Origin: an uncultured Phycisphaerales bacterium | GTDB taxonomy: Bacteria; Planctomycetota; Phycisphaerae; Sedimentisphaerales; Anaerobacaceae | Reading direction: 5' to 3' | NCBI GenBank assembly: GCA_963772725.1 | Contig: CAVYYI010000003.1 | Coordinates: 384,001 to 448,000 of the forward strand | DNA: 64,000 nt | Part shown: one piece after another, positions 41,285 through 50,975 of the stretch | Numbering within the stretch: position 1 is the first letter of the stretch | Layout of the letters: every line of letters starts with the position of its first letter | Notes under the pieces: model-generated | Databases searched by the model: none | What the model was told of the DNA's origin: nothing | The model's input: the letters and a program-made list of their open reading frames with translations, nothing else | Position numbers and translations under genes: made by a program

Positions 41285-41705
41285 GAAGGATACCCTTCTT
41301 AATCAGCCAGCATGGCAAAAAAAGTTAGCAGTTCGTAGTTGGTAGAAAAAAGCACAGCGTATAGCGTATAAAAAACAAAAAAATGGTCACGAAAAAACGC
41401 AAAAGACCCAAAAAATATTATCAGCAGATAATAGATGGCGGGGGAAGTGTACGGAGAGGGAGGAAAGAATAGACGCTGGCAAGGATTTTTGGGCATATTC
41501 TATAATGTGTCCTGGCGGTTTGTATTTTGACGGGCCCCAGCCGCAGGAAGCGGATAATAAAAGCCCGTGGCCACAGGTGCCACGGCTAAACAGTAAAAAT
41601 AGGGGTTGAAAAAGCCGAGGGGATGGGTATATTATTGAAACTGGCTGATGGTCAGTTTGAAAGTTTAAAAATTAAAGTGAACTATAGATACAGGGAGGCT
41701 GTTTT

Positions 41706-42566
41706 ATGGTGCGGCGTTGTTTTTTATTTGTTGTTTGCAGCTTAATTATTCTGAACTGTTCTTGTCAGTCACTTTCCACGCCGGTAAAGTCAGAATCGGT
41801 TACTGCGATTATTGGGGCATTTGATAAAGAGGTTGCAATACTTCAGGAAAAACTGAGCGATAAGCGGGAGCAAAAAATCGAAGGGATAATGTTCGCGACC
41901 GGAAAGCTCAATGGCAGAAATACTGTTGTGGCCTGGACGGGAATGGGTAAAGTGAACGCAGCGATGACGACGACTTTGCTGATAGAACATTTCAGGCCGA
42001 GCGAAGTGATTTTTACGGGAATTGCCGGCGGAATCAACCGGGATTTGCGGCCTGGCGATATAGTCATAGCGGAAAAAACGGTTCAGCATGATTTGGGAAT
42101 TTTTACCGAAAAGGGTATGCAAAACACCGGCGAGACAAATCCTCTTAATGAAAAGATGAATCCTGTTTTTTTCCCGGCGGATGAGCGGCTGTTGAAATTC
42201 GCGGAAATGGCGGCGCAAAAAATCGCTCTTGAAAATATAAAGACATCTATTGGTGAAAGAAGACCAGGGATATTAAAAGGCGTGGTAGCTACTGGAGATA
42301 TTTTCGTTTCATCATCGGCAAAATGTGCCGAACTGCGGAAACGTCTTGGGGCTGATGCGGTTGAGATGGAAGGGGCGGCTGTGGCACAAATATGCTATCA
42401 GCAGGAGGTGCCCTGCATTATCATTCGCAGTATAAGCGATAATGCGGATGAAAATGCACAGGAAGATATGAACAAATTTTACATCATGGCGGCGAGGAAT
42501 TCTGCTGCCCTGGCTGCAGCAATCGGTGATTTTTCGGCTGAACCTCTTAATGACAATAAAAATTAG
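41706..42566 (+). CDS. mtnN: 5'-methylthioadenosine/S-adenosylhomocysteine nucleosidase with N-terminal lipoprotein-like signal
   Basis: IIGAFDKE, GMGKVNAA, FTGIAGG, TGDIF, VEMEGAAVAQ, IRSISD.AD; N-terminus MVRR-hydrophobic-NCSC. Confidence 0.92.
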   Translation: MVRRCFLFVVCSLIILNCSCQSLSTPVKSESVTAIIGAFDKEVAILQEKLSDKREQKIEGIMFATGKLNGRNTVVAWTGMGKVNAAMTTTLLIEHFRPSEVIFTGIAGGINRDLRPGDIVIAEKTVQHDLGIFTEKGMQNTGETNPLNEKMNPVFFPADERLLKFAEMAAQKIALENIKTSIGERRPGILKGVVATGDIFVSSSAKCAELRKRLGADAVEMEGAAVAQICYQQEVPCIIIRSISDNADENAQEDMNKFYIMAARNSAALAAAIGDFSAEPLNDNKN

Positions 42567-42603
42567 CTCAAAATATCCGTGATAATTTTTAAGGGAATAA
42601 AAG

Positions 42604-43929
42604 ATGGTCGGGAAATATTTTGAATTAAGGCAGCGGCAGAGCAATATTAAAACCGAGTCCATAGCGGGCATAACAACATTTCTTACGATGGCTTATATCA
42701 TTTTCGTAAACCCGATGATTTTAAGCGCGGCGGGGATGGATAAACGCGCCGCAGTGGCGGTTACGTGTTTAGTCAGCGCGGTTTCAACGCTGATTGTCGG
42801 GATTTTCGCAAATGCGCCGATAGCTATGGCGCCGGGGATGGGTCTTAACGCATATTTCGCCTTTCTGGTCGGCACGGGAAAAATGGATTGGCAGACGGCG
42901 TTGGGGGCGGTGTTTTTGTCAGGTGTGTTTTTTCTGCTGCTAACGCTGCTGGGTCTGCGTAAAAGGCTGGTTGAGGCGATACCGATGTCGCTAATTTCGG
43001 CAATCGCGGTAGGGATTGGGTTATTTATCACGTTTATCGGCCTGACAAAACTCGGCGTGATAGTGAAGAATGAAAACACGCTTGTTTCCGCTGGGCCGCT
43101 GACGTTTACTGTTTTGATAGGGCTTATCGGGCTGGTTGTTATGGTTGTGTTCGAGATGAAAAAACTCATCGGCGGGCTGGTAATCGGAATTTTGACTTCG
43201 ACCATGCTGGCGACTGTGTTCGGAAAGGTTGAAGTGCCGAAAGAAGTTTTTGCGTTTGAGCTTAACATAAGTCAGCTCGCATTTCATTTGGATGTTCTCG
43301 GGGCGTTGAAATGGGGATTTTTCGGTGTCATTTTCACGCTGATGTTTATGGATATGTTCGACAGTATCGGGACGCTGGTGGCGTGCTGTCAGCAGGCAAA
43401 AATGGTAGATAAGGACAATAAGATTAAAGGGCTGGATAGACTCCTGTCTATCGACGCCATTGCGACAATGCTTGGGGCGGTTTTGGGAACATCGACAACG
43501 ACGGCGTATATCGAATCGGCGGCGGGTATCGAGCAGGGCGGCCGCACAGGTTTGACTTCTATAGTTACGGGCTGCGCATTTCTGGTGGCGATGCTTTTTG
43601 CGCCTATTGTTGGGATAGTGCCGGAATACGCCACGGCGCCGGCGCTTATTATGGTGGGCCTGTTTATGATGAAGGAAGTGCGTCATATCGATTTTGGAAA
43701 ATTCGAGGATGCATTTCCGTCTTTTGTCATAATGGTAATGATTGGCCTGAGTTACAGCATAAGTACGGGGCTGGCGTTCGGGTTTATCAGTTTTACGCTG
43801 ATTAAACTGATTTCGGGGAAAATTCGTGAAATCAAGCCTGCGATGTGGATTATCACGATTTTGTCGCTGCTTTTTCTGCTGCTCAACCGGCTGGCGGATG
43901 TAATAAAGCTGCTCAAAAACCTCGCTTGA
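42604..43929 (+). CDS. NCS2/AzgA-family adenine/guanine/hypoxanthine permease
   Basis: AGITTFLTMAYIIFVNP, APGMGLNAYF, DMFDSIGT, YIESAAGIEQGGRTGLT. Confidence 0.93.
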   Translation: MVGKYFELRQRQSNIKTESIAGITTFLTMAYIIFVNPMILSAAGMDKRAAVAVTCLVSAVSTLIVGIFANAPIAMAPGMGLNAYFAFLVGTGKMDWQTALGAVFLSGVFFLLLTLLGLRKRLVEAIPMSLISAIAVGIGLFITFIGLTKLGVIVKNENTLVSAGPLTFTVLIGLIGLVVMVVFEMKKLIGGLVIGILTSTMLATVFGKVEVPKEVFAFELNISQLAFHLDVLGALKWGFFGVIFTLMFMDMFDSIGTLVACCQQAKMVDKDNKIKGLDRLLSIDAIATMLGAVLGTSTTTAYIESAAGIEQGGRTGLTSIVTGCAFLVAMLFAPIVGIVPEYATAPALIMVGLFMMKEVRHIDFGKFEDAFPSFVIMVMIGLSYSISTGLAFGFISFTLIKLISGKIREIKPAMWIITILSLLFLLLNRLADVIKLLKNLA

Positions 43930-43974
43930 TTTTTGTTTTAGCAATCATTTGTTTGTCATTCTAAAGGATATTAT

Positions 43975-44418
43975 ATGCGGGCGGTGATACAGAGGGTTAC
44001 GGGAGCAAAGGTTGAGGTGGACGGTAAAATCGTCGGGCAGATAGATAAAGGGATTCTGGCTTATGTCAGTGTCGGCAGGGACGATACGGCCAAAGACGCG
44101 GAGTTCATAGCAGATAAACTGGCCAACCTGAGAATCTTTGCCGATGAAAACGACAAGATGAACCTGAGTGTGAAGGATATTGGCGGCAGGATTTTAATGG
44201 TGAGCAATTTTACCCTGCACGGGGACTGCCGAAAGGGCAGACGGCCGGGCTTCGACGCGGCGGGTGAGCCGTCATCGGCGAAGGAACTTTACGAAAAGAC
44301 GATTGAACTGGTGGGTCAGAAGGGTGTGTCGGTCGAAAAAGGCGTATTCGGTGCGCACATGCAGGTCAGCAGCGTCAATAACGGGCCAATTACTTTTATC
44401 ATAGACAGCAAAGGCTGA
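43975..44418 (+). CDS. dtd: D-aminoacyl-tRNA deacylase
   Basis: MRAVIQRV, LRIF.DE..KMNLS, SNFTL, KGRRP, FGAHMQV..VNNGPIT. Confidence 0.96.
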   Translation: MRAVIQRVTGAKVEVDGKIVGQIDKGILAYVSVGRDDTAKDAEFIADKLANLRIFADENDKMNLSVKDIGGRILMVSNFTLHGDCRKGRRPGFDAAGEPSSAKELYEKTIELVGQKGVSVEKGVFGAHMQVSSVNNGPITFIIDSKG

Positions 44419-44495
44419 AAAACCGCTAAACCACGGCGAGGAAAAGGCCGACTTATAAAATGAGCAGTATTTTCTTATAATACGCAAAAATTTCT

Positions 44496-44523
44496 TTGAC
44501 ATTAGCGGTTTATAAAACATAAT
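44496..44523 (+). promoter_or_regulatory. Probable sigma70-type promoter for the kinase gene
   Basis: TTGACA-16 bp-CATAAT; a similar TTGACT-16 bp-CATAAT lies at 45849-45876. Confidence 0.5.
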
Positions 44524-44580
44524 TATAAGATTTAACGTAGTTTGTTAATGAATCGAATGCGGTTTTGAGCAAAAGAACAG

Positions 44581-45817
44581 ATGATTAACGAAACGAATTA
44601 CGACAGTATTTTTGGCAAAATGGTCATTGACCAGGGTCTCTGCACAAACGATGAGTTGCAGCGTTCGCTGGAGTTGTTAAAAGTCCGCTATAAAACCGAC
44701 CCTGTGATGCTGAAAGACCTCATGGTTGAGTTGGGCTATGTTACCGACACGCAGGCGGAAAGAATAAAGACCAGCATCAAGGAAACCAAGACCGCGGCCT
44801 ATCAGATTCCCGGTTACAGGATACTGGGTAAACTTGGCGCCGGCGCTATGGCGATTGTATATAAGGCCAAGCAGTTGAGCCTTGACCGTGTTGTGGCGAT
44901 AAAGATTCTGCCAAAGCGATTTACTGAAAACCCGGAATATGTTGACCGTTTCTATAAAGAGGGTCGCGCAGCGGCGAAACTCAATCACGCCAATATCGTT
45001 CAGGCCATCGACGTTGGTGAGGCCGGCGGCTATCACTATTTTGTGATGGAGTACGTCGAGGGCAAGACCTTATTCGATGATTTGAACGAGGGTAAAATTT
45101 TCCCTGAGAAAGAGGCGCTGGAAATAATTATCCAGGTTGCGCACGCCCTTGCGCACGCTCACGCCAAGGGGCTGATTCACCGCGACGTCAAACCCAAGAA
45201 TATAATGCTGACTCCTGTCGGTTTAGCAAAGCTCGCGGATATGGGTCTTGCGAGAGAAACGGCGGACATTGAGGCGGCACAGACCGAGGCGGGCAAGGCT
45301 TATGGCACGCCTTATTATATTTCGCCTGAACAGATTCGCGGCGAAGTTACCATTGACGGCAGAGCGGATATTTACGGGCTGGGCGCGACCTTTTATCACA
45401 TGGTAACAGGCCGAGTGCCATTTATGGCGGACGACCCCGCTGATGTTATGAGAAAACATCTTAAAGAGTCTCTTATTCCTCCTGACCATATAAACACAAC
45501 CCTTTCCGCTGGAGTATCCGAGGTAATCGAGGTTATGATGGCAAAGCGCAAGGAAGAGCGATACGAAAATGTCGAAGAACTGCTCGACGACCTTATAGCG
45601 ATTCGCGATGGCAGGCCTCCGCTGCAGGCACGGAAAAAATTTGATGATACTATGCTGTCCCAGTTAGCCAAAGGTGAAGAGCTTAAGCCTGCCGAAGAAG
45701 AGGAAGAATATGAAGAAGACCCCATCAGCGCGTTATAAAGTGGCGTTAATAATCCTCAGTGTCGTAGCGGGCCTGCTTCTTATCGGGGTCGTTTTTCTAG
45801 CCTCACGTATGCTGTAA
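44581..45817 (+). CDS. Hanks-type Ser/Thr protein kinase with C-terminal TM helix (frameshift near 45730)
   Basis: LGAGAMAIVY, VAIK, HRDVKPKN, DMG, GTPYYISPEQ; the shifted frame gives RYKVALIILSVVAGLLLIGVVFLASRML* ending at 45817. Confidence 0.92.
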
Positions 45818-45901
45818 TGATTTCCCCAAGTTGTTGCATCATTTTTCATTGACTAATATTTAATTCCCGTCATAATTATTACCTAAAGAAAAGGTATTAA
45901 G

Positions 45902-46951
45902 ATGTCAGCTTATTCAGGAGCATCGAAACTTATACATAAAAGAATCGCACATTTCTCCAATGAGGAGATAACGCGGGTTCTCAGTCATTACGATATCGGG
46001 AAAGTTCATCGTATTGAGACCCTGTTCGGCGGCAATGCCCGTACCCCAAAGATGGCGGTTATATCCGACAAGGGCAAGTTTCTTGTTAAACGCCGTCCCA
46101 AACGCAAGGACGACACAAAAATTGTGGAGTTCGCACATTCGGTTCAGGCTTATCTCGCCGACAAAGGTTTTCCAGCGTCAATGCCTGTGCCGTTATCCGA
46201 CGGTAGCGGCACATATCTTCAAATGCACAATCATATTTATGAGTTCTTCCGGTTTATAGCCGGCAGCCGATACGATGGTTCGGCAGGCGCGACCATCGAG
46301 GCGGGCAGGCAGCTCGCGATTTTTCATCGCCGCCTCGCGGAGTTTACCAGCCAGTGGAAACCTGTCAAGACCAGCTTCCACGATTCCACATCAGTTCGAC
46401 GGTATCTTAAAATAATCGAAGCTGGAGAAAAAGATGAAAAATTGTATGAAACCGTTGATGTCCTGACAAGTTTGTATAACGCTGCCTCTGTTAGGGCGAA
46501 TCAGCTTGGTTTTGATTCGTGGCCTGGGCAGGTTGTGCATGGCGACTGGCATCCTGGGAATATGCTTTTTGCCGGTCAAAAGCTGATAGCGATGCTTGAC
46601 TTTGAGTCTGTCAGGATTGCGCCGGCGGTTACGGATTTGGCCAACGGGATGCTGCAGTTTTCCGTTGTGGGCGGTCGTCCGAACCCCATCGACTGGCCTG
46701 ACTATGTTGACCAGGCAAAGCTTCTGCAATTTCTTAACGGCTATCGCGAGGTGATTGCGATGGAAAAAGCTCAGCTTGATTCTCTGATTGACCTGATGAT
46801 TGAGACGATTATCGCTGAGGCTGTTTTGCCGATAGCGGCAACGGGATTCTTCGGGCATTTGAGCGGGACCGATTTTCTTGTTATGATTAGGCGAAAAGCC
46901 AAATGGCTTCATAAAAATCGTGAGAAGCTTACGGAGGCGATAGAATCTTAA
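45902..46951 (+). CDS. APH/homoserine kinase type II-like phosphotransferase
   Basis: AGRQLAIFH, VVHGDWHPGNML, LDFE, DLA. Confidence 0.87.
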   Translation: MSAYSGASKLIHKRIAHFSNEEITRVLSHYDIGKVHRIETLFGGNARTPKMAVISDKGKFLVKRRPKRKDDTKIVEFAHSVQAYLADKGFPASMPVPLSDGSGTYLQMHNHIYEFFRFIAGSRYDGSAGATIEAGRQLAIFHRRLAEFTSQWKPVKTSFHDSTSVRRYLKIIEAGEKDEKLYETVDVLTSLYNAASVRANQLGFDSWPGQVVHGDWHPGNMLFAGQKLIAMLDFESVRIAPAVTDLANGMLQFSVVGGRPNPIDWPDYVDQAKLLQFLNGYREVIAMEKAQLDSLIDLMIETIIAEAVLPIAATGFFGHLSGTDFLVMIRRKAKWLHKNREKLTEAIES

Positions 46952-46994
46952 CTCAAACAGACAGATAGTCCGTTTGAGAATTTAAAAACCAAAT

Positions 46995-48688
46995 TTAAGG
47001 TTTTTTGAACGGGGGTTCGATGTAAGGTTTATTTGCCTTGAATAAAAGCAAACGGTCAGAAAAATCTTTTTTGAGTTTTTTGCCGTCGGAGGATTGAATC
47101 AGAGCCACAGCTTTTTGGGAAAAAACTACGGCCTGCGAGAAATTTCCTGCACAGGCATAAGCGGCTGCCATCGTATCCAGTATTGCGGGGTCACTGTAAT
47201 TTGTAAGTTTGCAGGCACGTTCGGCAAATTGTATGGCCCGCTGGGGGTTGCGATATTTTTCATCATGACAGGTTGCCAGCAGCCATGCGAGATTATTTAC
47301 AAGTTCGAGCATGTCGGGTGTGATTTTATACGCCGCCTCGAAATACGATATTGCACCCGCAATATCGCCCTTTTCGCTGACTCCTGCGCAAGATAAATAT
47401 TCGCTACGGAGTTATTTTTGGTAACATCAAGGGCGTGCTTAAAAATTGTCTCGTTGTCAGACCAGTGACGCAATTGAAAATACGTTCGCGTTGAAAGGGC
47501 GGTCAAAACTGAAATCGCGATGACAGCCAGTATTACGTTTCGATGTCGCCATTTAGCGAGCAACTCAGGTACGCCCCATGCGATAATAATAAAAAGGCCT
47601 GTTAAAGTCATATAGGTATATCGGTCCGCCAATGCCTGACCACCGACCTGCACAAGGCCGATTACCGGCACGAGTGTACCGAGATACCAGAACCAGCCAA
47701 CGGGCAGATATTTATATTTCCGTGCAAAGTAAACTACAGCGGCAGTCGCGGCCAGCAGCAGCACGGCGGCGGCAAGAACCAGCCAGAGCGGCAGATTATT
47801 AATAGGATGAGGATAAAATATAGCCAGTTTGTTTGGCCAAATCATTTTCCAAATGTATTTTATGTAAGAGAAGATAACATTGGGAACGCGGAATCTTATC
47901 GGGAGTATATCAATCTGGGCTACCGAGCCGCCAGCACGCTGCGCGAGGAAAGTAATAATACACGAGGATGCCGAAAGAGCAAAAAACGGGATTTTCTCAA
48001 CAAGCAGTCGCTGCCATCCGGGGCGTTTTTTTGCAGATTCGGTTTTATTTTTGAATGTCTGGTCGTATTGAAAACGCTGGAGAGGCCAATAATCAAGCAG
48101 CAAAAGTATGAAAGGCAGAGTTACAAGCATAGGCTTAGCCAGGAGGCCGAGAGCAAAGAGCAAAATCGCCAGGAGATAACTGGCCGGCTTGGGTTTATTT
48201 ACATAACTGGTATAGACCAGTATTGTCAGCAGCCCAAGGAGTGTGCTTAAAACATCCTTTCGCTCAGCAATCCAGGCGACCGACTCGATATGAAGCGGGT
48301 GAAGAGCGAACAGTGCCGCTACAAAAGCGTTTTGCCAAATAGCGGAGGTCATTCTTTTTAAGATGGCAAAGAGCAGCAGGATATTTGCAAGGTGGAGCAG
48401 CGGATTTTCGATATGAGGCCACGCGGGTTTTAAGCCGAACAATTCGCAATCGAGCATATGCGAAAGCCATGTCAGCGGGTGCCAGTTGCTGGCATAATAC
48501 GAGGTGAAAGCCCATATAATATTGTCATAAGTCAGGCCGGTCGTTACATGCTCATTTTTAGTGATATAGTTTGAATCATCGTAGTTGAGGAAATCGTGTT
48601 TGCTAACCTGCCAATAGACTGCAAGCGTTACAATCGCCAAAGCGAAATAAGTCGAGTACACTGCTGTTTTTTGCGATAGTTTATACAT
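46995..48688 (-). CDS. TMTC-like GT-C membrane glycosyltransferase with TPR tail (frameshift near 47380)
   Basis: FLNYDD, NWHPLT, LHPLHIESVAWIAERKD, KPMLVTLP, ADRYTY; C-terminal NNLAWLLAT...LDTMAAAY. Confidence 0.85.
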
Positions 48689-48755
48689 AAGGGTTTTATA
48701 TTAAATTTAGCGTATTATTACCGATATTGTTAAGAAAGCAAGCTGTTCCGGAGTT

Positions 48756-50975
48756 CTAATCGGATTTTGGCGGAACCGTCGGAGCGGCCTCTGCCTGTCC
48801 TGACTTACCACCCTGCTGTTGTATAGCCAGCACTGTCGCAAGATTGTTTTTGGCATCTGCATAATCGGGTTTTATCAGGAGCGCTTGCTTAAATTGTTCA
48901 ATAGCCTGGTCGATTTTGCCCTGCTTATATAATGCAACTCCCAAATCGTTGTATGTATTGTAGTTTCCCGGCAGAGCATTGAGAACCTTTCTGTATTCTT
49001 CGATAGCCAAATCGAGCTTATTCTGGCATAAAAAAGCAAAGCCAAGATTCGAGCGAGCTTCCACGAAATTGGGCTGCAAACACAGCGCCTCGTTGCAGTG
49101 GCCTATTGCCTCATCGAATTTGCCAGTGTGAGCGAGAACATATCCGAGGCTGTTGTGCGCATCCGGCAGGTTGGGATTGATTTCAAGAGCTTTACTGAGG
49201 TGCATAATGGCCTGTTCGGGTTTTCCCATCTCGGCAAAGGTTACACCTAATTCGTAATGAGCGGACACATTTGCGGGCTCTGCGATGAGAACTTTAGAGT
49301 ATTCCTGAACAGCCTGCTCCATATTGCCTTTGGCCCGCAAAGCAAAAGCAAGGTTTAAATGTATTAAAGACAAATTACTCGATTGCAGCGCCGCTCGATA
49401 ATGTACTATAGCCTCATCGAATTTGCCCAGTTTGACAAGAGCGACTCCGAGATTGGTATGCACCTGGTATAAATCGGGTCTGAGTTTCAAAGCGGCATCA
49501 AAATATTTGACGGCTTCATCAAGCTGACCAGTTTCAATCATGGCCTGGCCAAGACTGTTAAGCCCTCTGATATAATCGGGTTTGATTCTAAGGCATTCTT
49601 TATCGTGGGTAATCGCATCTTTGACCCTGCCTTTTTCGCGAAGCGGGTCGGCGATACAAAAATGAGCGACGTAATTATCCTTTGTTACATTGATTGCATG
49701 CTCAAAAAGGGTGATGCTGTCGTGCCAGTAATGCTGCTGAATAAAAGTGCATACAGACAATACCGTCAGGACGATTGCCGTCGAGGCAGTGAGTATTAAT
49801 TTTTTATTCGGAACATTCAGAAATCTATCAAACAGGGATGGCACTGCCAAGGCGATGATGATGAATAAACCCGTCAGGGGAATATAACTGTATCGGTCGG
49901 CGTAAGCCTGGTCGCCTACCTGTATAATTCCGATAACCGGCACGAGCGTTCCAAGATACCAGAACCAGCCCACAGGGAGATATTTGAATCTTCGCCCGAA
50001 TATGATTACCAGCACCGTAGCGGCAAGCAGCATTATCGCGCACAAGCCCGCGTACAAAAGCGACACGTTATCGGCGGGATGCGGATAAAATGGCGCCAGG
50101 CCGCTTGGCCAGAGCATTTTCTGTATGTAGGTGACGTAAGCTATAAGCGCATTGGCGATTCGGGAGATTAGCGAAAAACTGTAGCCCGTGTCCATCGCAC
50201 CGCCTTTTTGCTGGACGATAAATGTTATAACGCTTGAAATTATAACAGCTATAAACAGAGGTATTTTTTCAGTGATTAGCCATACCGCGGAATAGTACTG
50301 CGGAATAGTTTTCGTTTTTTGCTTCGGCGGCTTTTGACTTATCTTATTATTCTTCCAATTTAATCTTTCCAGAGGCCAGTAATCCAGCAGCAGGAGCACG
50401 AAAGGCAGAGTTACGAGCATTGGTTTTGTCATAAGACCAAGCGCAAAAAGCACAAGCACCAGGAAGTATCGCCAAAGTTTCGGCTGTTTCGCGTAGCTGA
50501 CATACGCGAGCATCGTCAGCATCCAGAACAGAGTACTTAAAACGTCTTTGCGTTCGGCAACCCACGCCACAGATTCGACACGCAACGGGTGCAGTGCGAA
50601 CAGAGCCGCCGCAAAGGCGCTTTGCCAAAGTGTCCCGGTCATTTTCCTCAGAAGCGCAAAAAACAGCAAAGCGTTTGCTATGTGTATCAGAAGACCAACG
50701 ATATGATGTTTGCCCGCATCAAGGCCGAAGAGCCTGCAGTCGAGGATATGTGAAAGCCACGTCAGCGGATGCCAGTTGCCGGCGTGGCCTGCAGTGAAAG
50801 CCCATTTGATATTATCGAGTGTAAAGCCGTTACTAAACTGTGGATTATTAACAACATAATCACTGTCGTCGAAGTTAACGAATTGATAATTCGCAACACC
50901 GTAATAAGCCCCAGCGGTAACAATCGCTATCGCCAAGTAAATAAAAACAGAATATTTATCAACGTTTTTAATCAT
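48756..50975 (-). CDS. TMTC-like GT-C membrane glycosyltransferase with about 8 TPRs
   Basis: FVNFDD, NWHPLT, LHPLRVESVAWVAERKD, ADRYSY, repeated TPR units. Confidence 0.88.
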   Translation of the reverse strand: MIKNVDKYSVFIYLAIAIVTAGAYYGVANYQFVNFDDSDYVVNNPQFSNGFTLDNIKWAFTAGHAGNWHPLTWLSHILDCRLFGLDAGKHHIVGLLIHIANALLFFALLRKMTGTLWQSAFAAALFALHPLRVESVAWVAERKDVLSTLFWMLTMLAYVSYAKQPKLWRYFLVLVLFALGLMTKPMLVTLPFVLLLLDYWPLERLNWKNNKISQKPPKQKTKTIPQYYSAVWLITEKIPLFIAVIISSVITFIVQQKGGAMDTGYSFSLISRIANALIAYVTYIQKMLWPSGLAPFYPHPADNVSLLYAGLCAIMLLAATVLVIIFGRRFKYLPVGWFWYLGTLVPVIGIIQVGDQAYADRYSYIPLTGLFIIIALAVPSLFDRFLNVPNKKLILTASTAIVLTVLSVCTFIQQHYWHDSITLFEHAINVTKDNYVAHFCIADPLREKGRVKDAITHDKECLRIKPDYIRGLNSLGQAMIETGQLDEAVKYFDAALKLRPDLYQVHTNLGVALVKLGKFDEAIVHYRAALQSSNLSLIHLNLAFALRAKGNMEQAVQEYSKVLIAEPANVSAHYELGVTFAEMGKPEQAIMHLSKALEINPNLPDAHNSLGYVLAHTGKFDEAIGHCNEALCLQPNFVEARSNLGFAFLCQNKLDLAIEEYRKVLNALPGNYNTYNDLGVALYKQGKIDQAIEQFKQALLIKPDYADAKNNLATVLAIQQQGGKSGQAEAAPTVPPKSD

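Noticed and set aside
41525..41590. SRP RNA or ykkC-type riboswitch
   Set aside because: Only fragments match (GGAAGC; ATAAAAGCCCG). The SRP CAGG-GNRA-AGCAG loop and the ykkC 5' CTAGGGTTCCG core are absent
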